This document shows positions 1-9,230 of a DNA stretch of 59,062 nucleotides, one piece after another (position 1 is the first letter of the stretch; every line of letters begins with the position of its first letter). The notes below the pieces were generated by a model. It ran no database searches. It had not been told where the DNA came from and saw only the letters and a list, made by a program, of their open reading frames with translations. A program made the position numbers and the translations under genes. The stretch comes from a virus (taxonomy: Duplodnaviria > Caudoviricetes). The stretch spans positions 1 to 59,062 of IMG/VR virus record IMGVR_UViG_3300020178_000191. One strand, written 5' to 3'.

Positions 1-229
1 CTTGTTCTTCCATCTTTTTAAATACTTCATCAGCATTTTCAGATGTTATAATAATCCATTTAATCTGTTCTAATTGTAGAGGTGTTGGTTTCTCTAAATT
101 AAGTTCTTGTCTTTTGACTTCTTCTTTAAATATGCTTAACTGCTTTACTCCACTACAATTAGTAAGGAATATAAGCGGGATTAGCAATAGAAGGACATTC
201 AGGATTGATTTCTGACTTCTTTGTAGCAT
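1..229 (-). CDS. o-spanin-like outer-membrane lipoprotein (3' end runs off the window)
   Basis: Not in the ORF track; manual translation MLQRSQKSILNVLLLLIPLIFLTN-CSGVKQLSIFKEEV... gives a hydrophobic signal plus lipobox Cys, and it overlaps the 3' end of the i-spanin-like gene in another frame. Confidence 0.7.
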   Translation of the reverse strand, partial: MLQRSQKSILNVLLLLIPLIFLTNCSGVKQLSIFKEEVKRQELNLEKPTPLQLEQIKWIIITSENADEVFKKMEEQ

Positions 230-626
230 TCTTTTCTTCTTCCGTTAATGGTGAACCACTAGCGATTTCAATACATCTTTTAGCGTTTTCACTACCTTTG
301 TTTATAATTCTTTCTATGACCTTTGTTCTTTCAATGGCCAGTTTACCAATATCTCTTTCTTTCTTATTAAATCTTTTATCTAAATCATCTAAGTCTTTTT
401 TGAGATTATTGACTAATTCATTTATCTTTTTATTTGCTTCTAATATTTCAGCAAAGTCTTTCTTTTGATTTTCAATAACTTGTTTCTGTTCTGATATGGC
501 AGATTCTAATTTAACTGCGTTTTCTTTTAGAATAATGTTATCTCTTTGTAACTTCATAACATAAGCACCAGCGCCTATGACGGCGCTGATGAGTAGTCCA
601 ATAAAAAATAATCTAAAACTTAACAT
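159..626 (-). CDS. i-spanin (Rz-like) inner-membrane protein
   Basis: N-terminal TM helix, long coiled coil, two C-terminal Cys; overlapped by a lipoprotein gene. Confidence 0.65.
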   Translation of the reverse strand: MLSFRLFFIGLLISAVIGAGAYVMKLQRDNIILKENAVKLESAISEQKQVIENQKKDFAEILEANKKINELVNNLKKDLDDLDKRFNKKERDIGKLAIERTKVIERIINKGSENAKRCIEIASGSPLTEEEKNATKKSEINPECPSIANPAYIPY

Positions 627-629
627 AGT

Positions 630-788
630 TTAGTCTTTCTTCCAGATAGCCCACAGACCCCAAGCGATTGAAGCCCAAGCGGCCATTTTAGCAATAGGAC
701 TTGCAAATAAAATTATAAGACCCATAGCTATTAAAGCACCACCGTGTAATGATGATAACTCTTTCATTCTAGCTTTTAACCATTCCAT
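630..788 (-). CDS. small two-TM membrane protein, possible holin
   Basis: Manual translation MEWLKARMKELSSLHGGALIAMGLIILFASPIAKMAAWASIAWGLWAIWKKD (52 aa); AGGAG RBS; directly upstream of the spanins. Confidence 0.5.
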   Translation of the reverse strand: MEWLKARMKELSSLHGGALIAMGLIILFASPIAKMAAWASIAWGLWAIWKKD

Positions 789-804
789 ATTAGTTTCTCC
801 TTTG

Positions 805-1383
805 TTACTTTATTTGTTCGTTTCTTTTTCTATGACCATTCCAAGCTACAAAGCCACCTAGTCTTAATGACCAATAAGCAAGGTAATTCATAAAATAGAA
901 ACCGTTTACTTCTATGTTTATATCTCTAAAGATTTGATCTGCTCTTTTTTGATTTACTAATAGAAGTGAACCCGATTTATCTGCTGGTTTACAAGCAGCA
1001 TACTTGTACATATAATCGTGTACAAGACCGCCAATTAATAACACACCAACTGGTGAAAAAAACGTTCTTAAAAATTTTGGTATACTTGCACCATCAAATT
1101 GAAAACCTTTTGGTATTACATACTCAGTACCATTTATATTGTATCTCCAATTCTTTGTTAGTTCCCAATTTCTTGTTGACATTAACCACATAATAATACC
1201 TTTCCAAAATCCTTTTCCTTTGGTAGCAATTCTTACTGGTTGTAAATGTGGTAGTTCTTCGTATGAAAACTTTAAATTAGATTTTCTTTTATCTAATAAG
1301 TTTATAATAAATCCTATGATAACACATAATATTAATAATGACCACTGCCAAAATTTCATTGCTAAAGCTATTAATAGTTCCAT
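805..1383 (-). CDS. DUF1353-like protein with N-terminal TM
   Basis: IPKGFQFDGASIP, LVHDYMY and RADQIF motifs typical of DUF1353. Confidence 0.65.
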   Translation of the reverse strand: MELLIALAMKFWQWSLLILCVIIGFIINLLDKRKSNLKFSYEELPHLQPVRIATKGKGFWKGIIMWLMSTRNWELTKNWRYNINGTEYVIPKGFQFDGASIPKFLRTFFSPVGVLLIGGLVHDYMYKYAACKPADKSGSLLLVNQKRADQIFRDINIEVNGFYFMNYLAYWSLRLGGFVAWNGHRKRNEQIK

Positions 1384-1384
1384 A

Positions 1385-2038
1385 TTAGTCCTTCTTTTTG
1401 TTAGTATCTATAAATGATTGATATATTCTATGAGCGGCACCTAAATCTTTTTTCTTTTTAGGGTCTTTTGCTCTTTCACTAGCAACTTTCGCTCTTTGTG
1501 ACATTGCGATAGCCGCTTGAATTTTGTGTGCGTGTGATTTACCAGAGTTCTTTATTTTGTTTACAGATGTTCTTGCCGTTTCAGCGTCTGTAAAACCTAA
1601 ACCGTGTATTGTGCCTTTTGGATTTTCATCTGTATATAAATCTGAATGTTTATCTGAACCAGCTTTCTGTCCTGGTTTTCTTGGTATTCTATTTGTGTCT
1701 TCTCTAATACCTAATCTTTTTTGTACTCTTTCAATTTCTTTTTTAATTTGTTTTTGTTTTTCAGAACCTGGCATAACTGACATAGCCTGTCTTACAAGTT
1801 TCATATACAAAGCTTTATCTTTTAAATCATATTCTTTATTAGCTGTTATAAATGGCCTCATTGTGCCAGCGGCCTGTGATGTATAATTGGCATTTAAACC
1901 AACACCTCTACTATCTTTACCTGCTTGGCCTTTTGGTGGTGTATCACCTAAACTAACCATTGGAGATATATTATCTACATAACCAATTCTATAACCACCC
2001 ATATAACTAATATATTCTTTTAATGTTTTAATTTTCAT
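1385..2038 (-). CDS. basic hypothetical protein, possible internal head protein
   Basis: ORF (likely start MKIKTLKEY); Lys-rich; HSDLYTDENPKGTIHGLGF module seen in marine T4-like phages. Confidence 0.55.
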   Translation of the reverse strand: MKIKTLKEYISYMGGYRIGYVDNISPMVSLGDTPPKGQAGKDSRGVGLNANYTSQAAGTMRPFITANKEYDLKDKALYMKLVRQAMSVMPGSEKQKQIKKEIERVQKRLGIREDTNRIPRKPGQKAGSDKHSDLYTDENPKGTIHGLGFTDAETARTSVNKIKNSGKSHAHKIQAAIAMSQRAKVASERAKDPKKKKDLGAAHRIYQSFIDTNKKKD

Positions 2039-2120
2039 ATGTGTACCCATATCTTATATACATTTCATCTTTCCAGTCTTCATTGTATTCACACTCTTGG
2101 AAAGAACCAGCGTTAGGCAT
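2028..2120 (-). CDS. small hypothetical protein (30 aa)
   Basis: Manual translation MPNAGSFQECEYNEDWKDEMYIRYGYTYEN; fills the gap between two genes and overlaps both. Confidence 0.3.
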   Translation of the reverse strand: MPNAGSFQECEYNEDWKDEMYIRYGYTYEN

Positions 2121-2466
2121 TATATTTGTCCTTAAAAGTTTTGTATTCTTTTTTTTCTTCTATTTTAATTTCAGTTTTACCATAAATCTTTTCATCTATT
2201 TTAGTATCAACTCTATCAAGGCCATCTAATACTTGTTTTAAAAGTACATTATTATTATCGTTATTTTCTTTGACCATTTGACTTATCTTTTTAGATATTT
2301 TTTCTTGTTCATCACCTTGTTCTTTTTTTCTACGTATCATATGAGGAGATTGTGATACAGCAGCATTAGGAGCCAAGTCAACACCACCACCTGCAACTGA
2401 ATTTGCTGGAGCGTCTTCTTCCATTCTACTTACTATGTCTTGTGCTATTTCTTTAAAACTTTTCAT
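2113..2466 (-). CDS. hypothetical protein, possible internal head protein
   Basis: Likely start MKSFKEI after GGAGG; EEDAPANS resembles the gp23 processing site. Confidence 0.55.
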   Translation of the reverse strand: MKSFKEIAQDIVSRMEEDAPANSVAGGGVDLAPNAAVSQSPHMIRRKKEQGDEQEKISKKISQMVKENNDNNNVLLKQVLDGLDRVDTKIDEKIYGKTEIKIEEKKEYKTFKDKYNA

Positions 2467-2932
2467 ATTCGTCCTCCGAATAAAGTTGTCCATCTTTTTC
2501 ATACACATCAATACCAAAACAAGTCATTAATGGTTCTGTTTCATAGATAGGTTTAACTTCGCCTTGTTCTGTTAATAGTTGCTCGTATTGATTTGTTTCT
2601 TTTAAATAAGTAATAACGGCACTTTCAATAAGTGTCTTATGTGGTTCATACTCTTTTTTTTCTTTTAAAAGTAATGCTAGAGCAACAGCAAAAGAACCTA
2701 ATTTACTACCTAAACCTACTTTTTTAAGTATTCTTTTTAAATTAAAAACAAATCTATGTAAATAAGTATAGGCTTTTTTTTCATTTTCAGTTTTTAATTC
2801 TTTATTTTTCTTTAATACATTACCGTCTTTATCAATTATACCTTGTTTAAACGCCTCTTGTCTTTCAAAAGGTGTTACAAGTAATTTGATAACTCGATAA
2901 GTTATTAATGTATCAACTAATCTACTAGCCAT
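2453..2932 (-). CDS. conserved T4-like phage hypothetical protein
   Basis: Full ORF in operon; LLVTPF...GIIDKDG motif. Confidence 0.6.
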   Translation of the reverse strand: MASRLVDTLITYRVIKLLVTPFERQEAFKQGIIDKDGNVLKKNKELKTENEKKAYTYLHRFVFNLKRILKKVGLGSKLGSFAVALALLLKEKKEYEPHKTLIESAVITYLKETNQYEQLLTEQGEVKPIYETEPLMTCFGIDVYEKDGQLYSEDEYEKF

Positions 2933-3296
2933 TTAATTCCTTATTTAAAAGTTCATCTATTTGTTTATCTGTATTTACATTATGTAATTCGTGTGGATAC
3001 AGATAGTTCAAATTATTAAGTATAGATTTTAAATAAGGCCAATAAACTCTATCTATTTTAAACAATAATAAAGTTACTGCTGCCTCAACTCCAAAAACAT
3101 TTGCTAAGACTATTACGTGATTAACTGCTAGTCTTACTTTAATTTTTTTGGTTATCTTATACTTACGAAATAACCTTTTAAGATATTTAAACCGTTTAAT
3201 ATCATCATAAAATTCCTGTTCCTTTTGTAAGGTAGGATTATCATAATTTTGTTGTGCAAATAACAGCCAATTATCTTTGGTTATCTCTTTGAACAT
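2925..3296 (-). CDS. conserved T4-like phage hypothetical protein
   Basis: LFAQQNYDNP...DDIKRFKYLKRL...NHVIVL motif common in marine T4-like phages. Confidence 0.6.
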   Translation of the reverse strand: MFKEITKDNWLLFAQQNYDNPTLQKEQEFYDDIKRFKYLKRLFRKYKITKKIKVRLAVNHVIVLANVFGVEAAVTLLLFKIDRVYWPYLKSILNNLNYLYPHELHNVNTDKQIDELLNKELNG

Positions 3297-3299
3297 TGA

Positions 3300-3731
3300 C
3301 TACACTAATTTAGCGTAGACCTTAGATGTTCCGTTTTTAAGTGTTTCGTAACTAACTTCTAGTTTTAAACCACTTTCTTTTCTATGAGATATACCATCAT
3401 CATTAATATCGGATCCATCGGTATCTTTACCAAATCTCCCACCAAATTGTTTCACTTCAGCAGTTACTTTACCATTATCACCGTTTAAATCAACTGGCGA
3501 TACTGTTAAACCTATTCTATGTAATTTCTCTCTAAGTTCATCTACAGCGTGTTGAGGTTTAATAAACTCTCTTTCTGCAATTGAACCCACGAAAGCATTT
3601 ACTCTTTTAAGTACGTCAGCGTTTTCTATGTTATGAACACCAATAGAGCCATCTTCAACTGAATTAGATGTAGTAACTCCAACGCCCAACGGTGACATAC
3701 CTTCTTTTACGTGTTGTTTAAAAGTTTTCAT
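3300..3731 (-). CDS. hypothetical protein with capsid-targeting-like N-terminus
   Basis: MKTFKQHVKE start; AGGAG RBS. Confidence 0.6.
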   Translation of the reverse strand: MKTFKQHVKEGMSPLGVGVTTSNSVEDGSIGVHNIENADVLKRVNAFVGSIAEREFIKPQHAVDELREKLHRIGLTVSPVDLNGDNGKVTAEVKQFGGRFGKDTDGSDINDDGISHRKESGLKLEVSYETLKNGTSKVYAKLV

Positions 3732-3740
3732 TGTTCTCCT

Positions 3741-3950
3741 CTACTTATATTTGTCTGATACCTTTTTTTGTCCATCTGAACGAGGTATCAATCCTTTTGC
3801 TTTTAGATGTGCCTTATCTGTAAAACCTGCCTTACCTGCCTTATAACGTTTCATTGCGTCAGCAGTATTAGGTGGTGTTTCACCCAGCAAGTCTTCTTCA
3901 AAGTCTTTTAGTTCTTCTTCTTTTACAAAAGATTTAAACTTTTTTACCAT
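3741..3950 (-). CDS. small basic hypothetical protein with capsid-targeting-like N-terminus
   Basis: MVKKFKSFVKEE start. Confidence 0.55.
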   Translation of the reverse strand: MVKKFKSFVKEEELKDFEEDLLGETPPNTADAMKRYKAGKAGFTDKAHLKAKGLIPRSDGQKKVSDKYK

Positions 3951-4134
3951 CTTTGTTTTCCCTACTTAACTTTAATAATTTTTCAGTTTGTTGAATAGCA
4001 CCGTAAAGAGCATTTAAATTATTTCTCATACCTATAACTTCTTTTTCAATGCTTTCAATTTGTTTTTTTGTTTTATCAAAATCAGATTTTAAAGTTGTTA
4101 ATTCTTCTTGTAATATTTTTTCATCAATTGCCAT
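3934..4134 (-). CDS. small coiled-coil protein
   Basis: Heptad pattern; GAGGAG RBS. Confidence 0.55.
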   Translation of the reverse strand: MAIDEKILQEELTTLKSDFDKTKKQIESIEKEVIGMRNNLNALYGAIQQTEKLLKLSRENKDGKKV

Positions 4135-4148
4135 AATATCTCCTCAAA

Positions 4149-4610
4149 TTAAGCGACTACTTGTCCGTTACCGCCAATTACATTCCAGTTACTATCTTTA
4201 AAAAATAAAATCACACTTCTACCTGGTGCGTCTATGTTTACAGTTGTACCTGAAACAAAATTATCAGGTGTAATTGTTACTGCGTTTGAACCTGAAGTTG
4301 ATTTATTAATAATAATTTTAACTTGACCATCAGCGCCGTCACCTACTGTTACTGGAGCTGCACCTGAAGTTGCGTTAACTAAAGTTGTACTTTCAGTAAG
4401 TGTTACTGCTGTTGATGTTGAACCATCACCAGTAATTGTTTGAGCAGTATCTTTTAATCCTATCCAAGATGGAATATTATTAAAGACATCTTCTGCTGTT
4501 ATTTTTTTGTTGATTGGTGTACCTGACGGATCGTCAACTACGTGAAACAAGTCTGCACTTGCTAATGCGTTACCTAGATCGGTCAACGCCGTTATTTTTT
4601 TGTCTGCCAT
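4149..4610 (-). CDS. putative virion structural protein
   Basis: [10 protein letters not shown] start; Thr/Gly-rich beta composition; late-promoter-like site upstream. Confidence 0.55.
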   Translation of the reverse strand: MADKKITALTDLGNALASADLFHVVDDPSGTPINKKITAEDVFNNIPSWIGLKDTAQTITGDGSTSTAVTLTESTTLVNATSGAAPVTVGDGADGQVKIIINKSTSGSNAVTITPDNFVSGTTVNIDAPGRSVILFFKDSNWNVIGGNGQVVA

Positions 4611-4684
4611 TTTTTTCTCCTGTTAACCCTTTCGGGAATGCTACTCTAGGTATTTGCCTAGATCAATTTGTTCATATAGTATAT

Positions 4685-4710
4685 ATAAGGGCACTTTGAG
4701 CGCCCTTATA
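4685..4710 (-). terminator. hairpin / probable intrinsic terminator
   Basis: Minus strand AAGGGCGC-TCAAA-GTGCCCTT directly after the stop of 4722..5279. Confidence 0.5.
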
Positions 4711-4721
4711 TGATTTTGTTA

Positions 4722-5279
4722 TTAAGCTGCTACAGTTAATGTACCTGCTTGAGCAGCGTTTGTAATTGTAGAGTTTGTTGTTGTATTAGCATCTTTGATA
4801 GCACCGCCGTTAAGTGCTACTGCGTTTGTACCAATTGATAGTACATCATCTTCAGCAATACCACCATCTGCAGCACCATAAGTTGCTCTGAATACAATTT
4901 CGTTAGTTCCTGTACCAGAGTTGTAATCTGCTGTAAATGTAGCGTCTGTACCACCACCAGCTTGTGAATTAGTTACTGTTACTTGTGGTGTTCCTGTAAT
5001 GTCAACTCTTTCGTTAAATCTTACTCTAACGTCAATGTTTCCACCAGCAGCTTCGCCGATTGATGTTGTTACAAATTCTACTTGTGTGATATTTGCTGAA
5101 CCCATATTTGTAGTTAATCCGCCGATTGCTACTAATACTTCTGGATCTGCATTTGGATTACCATTACCTGATAATACTGAGCCAGCTTCTCTTACCCAAC
5201 CTTGAGAGGTTGCATAGACTTCTTTTTTTTCTTCGTCTGTAAGATTTTTAGGCTTTATATCATTTCCCCATAAAGACAT
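4722..5279 (-). CDS. putative virion structural protein (Ig-like)
   Basis: MSLWG start; VRFNERVDITGTP and YNSGTGTNEIVF Ig-like motifs; TATAAATA promoter upstream. Confidence 0.55.
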   Translation of the reverse strand: MSLWGNDIKPKNLTDEEKKEVYATSQGWVREAGSVLSGNGNPNADPEVLVAIGGLTTNMGSANITQVEFVTTSIGEAAGGNIDVRVRFNERVDITGTPQVTVTNSQAGGGTDATFTADYNSGTGTNEIVFRATYGAADGGIAEDDVLSIGTNAVALNGGAIKDANTTTNSTITNAAQAGTLTVAA

Positions 5280-5319
5280 ATATCTCTCCTTAAATTTAAT
5301 ATTTGTTATATAACTCTAC

Positions 5320-5327
5320 TATTTATA
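5320..5327 (-). promoter_or_regulatory. T4 late promoter TATAAATA
   Basis: Exact gp55-type consensus in intergenic DNA upstream of 4722..5279. Confidence 0.75.
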
Positions 5328-5337
5328 AGAATAGATA

Positions 5338-5838
5338 CTAGAAACCTAGTTTTTTAAGTTCTCTAATAGTATTGGAAGTAGTGGTATGTAGTATTCCTAT
5401 ACCACCTTTTTGTGTGAATTGATCTGTGTTTTTCTTGTAATCGTCAATTAAAATAGCAGGTTGGCCTGCCACTTTGGCATAGTTTTGTTTCTGTACTCTT
5501 TTTACCAGATTGACATTACCTGGAGCAATTCCTAAATTAGTTCTTGCCCAATGTGATTTACCTGGTATACAATTTGGATCAAAGCTTTCTTCAACGTATG
5601 CTGATAAGATATGTGGTTTATATTTTGAAATAAAATTCCAAAGGTCTTTACCGCCTGCCATCCAAGGAAGTGTATGCCAAAATTTTGGTGTTGCCTTTAT
5701 TTGATCCCATTTTTCAGATTTACTGCCGTAAGACCATTGAGTTATAGATTTACCTATAACTTTCTCAACACCTTTGGCAAAGTCACAAAGGACTCCATCC
5801 ATATCACAGTAAATTCTTGATTTCATAGTGTTTTCCAT
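5338..5838 (-). CDS. HAD-superfamily phosphatase (5'(3')-deoxyribonucleotidase-like)
   Basis: YCDMDGVLCDF motif I, ILSA motif II, LIDDYKKN motif IV. Confidence 0.8.
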   Translation of the reverse strand: MENTMKSRIYCDMDGVLCDFAKGVEKVIGKSITQWSYGSKSEKWDQIKATPKFWHTLPWMAGGKDLWNFISKYKPHILSAYVEESFDPNCIPGKSHWARTNLGIAPGNVNLVKRVQKQNYAKVAGQPAILIDDYKKNTDQFTQKGGIGILHTTTSNTIRELKKLGF

Positions 5839-5844
5839 ATCTAT

Positions 5845-5872
5845 ATACTATCATATCCTAGCCAAAAGTCAA
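5845..5872 (-). promoter_or_regulatory. sigma70-type early promoter
   Basis: TTGACT-N16-TAGTAT with TG extension; flanked upstream by palindrome GTGTCA-TTC-TGACAC (5873..5887). Confidence 0.55.
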
Positions 5873-5896
5873 GTGTCATTCTGACACAGCTAGATA

Positions 5897-5911
5897 GAAC
5901 AAAAAGCGAAC
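5897..5911. promoter_or_regulatory. alphaproteobacterial LexA-box-like motif
   Basis: GAAC-aaaaagc-GAAC (GTTC-N7-GTTC on minus strand) in intergenic DNA. Confidence 0.45.
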
Positions 5912-5914
5912 AGA

Positions 5915-6535
5915 TTAATTTTTATACTCAACTTCAGGTGAAGTATCAACTGGAGTAGCTTTTGAACCTGTATCTGCCTTTGCTTTTGATTTTTTAATGT
6001 CTGGATCGTTTTCTTTAGGACCCTCACCAACTCTTTGATTCGCTTGATCGGCCGTAGCGTCACCAACAGTATTCATAGCTTCTTTTTTAACTTTTTTATA
6101 AGCTTCTTTAAACTTCATTTTAGGAGCTGGATCAACAATCTCTTTTTCACCCTTAGCATCCTTTTTACTCTTGTTCATATCTTTTGTCATAAAAGAATGA
6201 GTTTCATTTTTTTGATCTTTTTCAATTGACTTAGCAATATCGTGTGCTTTAGTAATTGTAGATTTTTTTAAAGGTGGTTTGTCGTTCTTTGCTTTCATAG
6301 CAGCAGCCATACCCACAGCATAAGGATTATCTACCTTTTCATTTTTAGCAGTGTATTTTGAATCTATTTTATTAAAGAATGCCTTTTTTTCAGCAGGTGT
6401 CATTGAACCAATGCCCTTACCAGCTTTCTCTAATTCTTTTTTAAACATTTGTTGGTATTCTGATTCAGCAGCATACTTACTCATACTAGCAGCTACTTCT
6501 TCAATACTACCTGGTTTAGTATTTAAGTATTTCAT
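5915..6535 (-). CDS. Lys-rich hypothetical protein, possible internal head protein
   Basis: ORF; NPYAVGMAAAMK module; abuts the upstream gene. Confidence 0.55.
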   Translation of the reverse strand: MKYLNTKPGSIEEVAASMSKYAAESEYQQMFKKELEKAGKGIGSMTPAEKKAFFNKIDSKYTAKNEKVDNPYAVGMAAAMKAKNDKPPLKKSTITKAHDIAKSIEKDQKNETHSFMTKDMNKSKKDAKGEKEIVDPAPKMKFKEAYKKVKKEAMNTVGDATADQANQRVGEGPKENDPDIKKSKAKADTGSKATPVDTSPEVEYKN

Positions 6536-8088
6536 TATTTTTCTCCCTTTACTTTAGCCGCTAAATCTTTATCAGCGCCTCCCCAAGTTCCTGAGGATTT
6601 TGTTACGAATGAATTTACTCTAGCAAGTGCCCATTGGACTTGGCCAGCACCTGGTCGGTGTCCACCTTTCCAAGCGGCCATTCCTCTATCGTAAACTTGT
6701 TTTAATATTGAGTAAGGCATACCTGTTTTTTCTGCCTTATTTTTAACGGCAGCAATTGACTCAATATATAATCTCATTTCTTCTTTCATATCTTCTTTTT
6801 TCTTAGCTTCTTTTTCAGCTTTATCTTTAAGAAGTTTATTAGCAATACCAATTGTTAGTGGAACTTCACCTGTTTCAGGATTTGGTTCTGGCTTGATAGC
6901 TTTATGTTTTTCATTTTCTAATTTTGTTTTTAATAAAGCAACTTGATCTTTTAGAGCCGCTACTTCTTTTTCTTTTGAAGCAACTTCTTTTTTATCATCT
7001 TTATCTCTTTCAGCTCTTATCTTTGCTATTTCAACACCATCTTCCTCTTTTAAATCTTCAAACTTACCTGTCTTTTTGTAAATTTTATTTCTAGCAAGTG
7101 TTGATATAAAAGGTATATTAGCTTTTACTAACTGTCTTAAAGTATTTAAATCATATGAGGGTTGGTCTAAATGTTTTGATATTTTAGTTGCCATTTGAGG
7201 TGAAATAGTTTTACCTTTTAAATCAGCATAAGCTTTTTGTAAGTCTTTTATAATACTAGCGGCCACTTTTTCGTTCATCTTTTCTTTTTCTTTTGAACTA
7301 TGACCAAAATGTTTGTGTACTATCTTGTCTAAATCTGTATGAAACTTATCTATTTCTTTGTCATCATAAGTTTTTTCATCTAAAGATTCTTCACCTAGTA
7401 TTTTCTTAACATCAGCAACTGACATTTTTAATTTTTTAGCAATTTCATCTGCCTTTTGGCCTTCTTGGTTGGCCGTAAATATGTCTTTTAAACTTGCTTC
7501 TTCTAATTCAAATTCTTCTTTTTTTACTTTAGCACCTTTACCATACATATCAACAAATCTTTGTGCTTCAGCAGCTGTATTGTATCTGCCTAACTCCATA
7601 GTAGTGCCGTCTTTTTTAGTAATCTGTACTGTAAATTTTTCTTCTAAACTTTCATTATATTTCATTAATTCTTTTTCAACTGTAGGATTTTTAGATAAAC
7701 CTTTTTCTAGTTTTTCTATTTCATCTACAGCTTTTGTGTAATTATTAGCATACTTTTTAGCAAGGTCTTTTGCTTTTGAAACTAAAGTCCAACCATAAGT
7801 TTTTTCTTGTAGTTCTTCGTTTTGTTTCATATCAGGATTATACATTAAATAATCTGAAACGGAGTTGATATAGTCTTTTGCTTTTGTAATTTTAGATTGT
7901 ACCCAAGCCTCTAAAGGATTGCCTTCATCTGATTTACCTTGTAACATTGAAGCAAGTTGAGTTGCTTTATCAGCGATAGCTTCTAGTTCACCACGAGCCA
8001 TTGAAACTTCGTGGTCTTTATCATCTTGTTCTTTAATGCCTCTAACTTGTTTTAAAAGTTCAGACATTGTGTTTCTATATCTACTCAT
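6535..8088 (-). CDS. large charged modular protein, possible internal head protein
   Basis: Likely start MSRYRN after AGGAG; repeated L-x-E linkers; C-terminal ILKQVYDRGMAAWKGGHRPG...QWALARVNSF module. Confidence 0.55.
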   Translation of the reverse strand: MSRYRNTMSELLKQVRGIKEQDDKDHEVSMARGELEAIADKATQLASMLQGKSDEGNPLEAWVQSKITKAKDYINSVSDYLMYNPDMKQNEELQEKTYGWTLVSKAKDLAKKYANNYTKAVDEIEKLEKGLSKNPTVEKELMKYNESLEEKFTVQITKKDGTTMELGRYNTAAEAQRFVDMYGKGAKVKKEEFELEEASLKDIFTANQEGQKADEIAKKLKMSVADVKKILGEESLDEKTYDDKEIDKFHTDLDKIVHKHFGHSSKEKEKMNEKVAASIIKDLQKAYADLKGKTISPQMATKISKHLDQPSYDLNTLRQLVKANIPFISTLARNKIYKKTGKFEDLKEEDGVEIAKIRAERDKDDKKEVASKEKEVAALKDQVALLKTKLENEKHKAIKPEPNPETGEVPLTIGIANKLLKDKAEKEAKKKEDMKEEMRLYIESIAAVKNKAEKTGMPYSILKQVYDRGMAAWKGGHRPGAGQVQWALARVNSFVTKSSGTWGGADKDLAAKVKGEK

Positions 8089-8096
8089 TTTTTCTC

Positions 8097-8405
8097 CTAT
8101 AACGCCGAATAAATTGCGTCCCAATTTTTAATTTTTTTTTTCAAATCGTTCATTAATGTTTTTTCTAATCTTTGTCTAATTTGTATAGCGTCATTTCCAA
8201 TAATTGAACCATAATTGTCGTGTACCATTTCTAACGCTTTATAAGCATCTGCTAATTTTCTATCTCTTAAAATTTTATCAGCAATATATCTTCTTGCTTC
8301 AAAATGATTGTTGTTTGCAGTTTTTGCTCTAACGTATTGTAGATCGGTTTTACTCGCTTCCGCTTCTTGTAAATCTAATCTCATTTCTTTTAGTGTCTTA
8401 CTCAT
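8097..8405 (-). CDS. hypothetical protein
   Basis: ORF in operon; MSKTLKEM start. Confidence 0.55.
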   Translation of the reverse strand: MSKTLKEMRLDLQEAEASKTDLQYVRAKTANNNHFEARRYIADKILRDRKLADAYKALEMVHDNYGSIIGNDAIQIRQRLEKTLMNDLKKKIKNWDAIYSAL

Positions 8406-8694
8406 ATTCTTTTATCTCCAGTTTCAGTTCCGAATTACCTTTATGTAATCTGTGAAACTGTTCCTTTTTAATATAATAATTGTTACCTATTTCTAATTCT
8501 GTAGGTAACTCATTATCATATTGTAGTTTCCATCCTGTTCCATAAATCACTTTGACAGTTCGATCTTTTCGATCTTTGTGCCATATCAATTGTTTGTCTT
8601 TAATATTTTGTTTAAAGACTCTAGTAAATATATTTTTGTAAATACTATTTTCAAAATCTTCAAACGGCTTGTAATAATCTAGTAAGTCTTTCAT
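8398..8694 (-). CDS. small cupin-like protein
   Basis: LIWHKD...FHRLHKG His pattern. Confidence 0.45.
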   Translation of the reverse strand: MKDLLDYYKPFEDFENSIYKNIFTRVFKQNIKDKQLIWHKDRKDRTVKVIYGTGWKLQYDNELPTELEIGNNYYIKKEQFHRLHKGNSELKLEIKEYE

Positions 8695-9230
8695 TACCAA
8701 TAAAAATTACCGCCGCCTGACATTCCTAAAGACTTGGCATATCGTGGTAGGTTACACGCCCAATATGCCGCTTTAGTTTTATCTTTCTGCTGGTCACATC
8801 TATGACGAGCAGCAAAGCTTTTTCTTGCTTCAGGATTTTTAAGTTTAACACTTAATCCTGTTGTGTCGCCCCAAGTGACTTTTTTAATCTTGTCACCATC
8901 ACGGACAAACACATAAAATTTTTTAGGTCCACCTCTTTTTGGTTTGTTAAGTGGTGGATTTTTTTCTTCTTCTTCAATTGGTATATCAAGTGGTACTTTT
9001 TGATCTTCGTAAATACCAAACTCACCAATATCAGATTCTAATAGTTGTTTATCCCAATCGTTTAATTCAGTCAAAAGGCCTTCTTTAAATAACTCTCTAG
9101 CCTCTCTAAACAACCTATAAAATTCTTCACTATGGATTCTATAGATATTTTCAGCAAACGGTATATTATTTTCAACATGATACATAACCGATTTACTAAT
9201 CTTATCTTTATAGTCTGTAAAACTTAACAT
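8694..9230 (-). CDS. conserved phage hypothetical protein
   Basis: C-terminal KKFYVFV...KKVTWGD...ARKSFAARHRC...AAYWAC module. Confidence 0.6.
   Translation of the reverse strand: MLSFTDYKDKISKSVMYHVENNIPFAENIYRIHSEEFYRLFREARELFKEGLLTELNDWDKQLLESDIGEFGIYEDQKVPLDIPIEEEEKNPPLNKPKRGGPKKFYVFVRDGDKIKKVTWGDTTGLSVKLKNPEARKSFAARHRCDQQKDKTKAAYWACNLPRYAKSLGMSGGGNFYW

Noticed and set aside
4611-4670. c-di-GMP-I riboswitch (GGCAAA...GAAA resemblance)
   Set aside because: The stem arrangement does not match the riboswitch consensus; kept only as a generic structured leader
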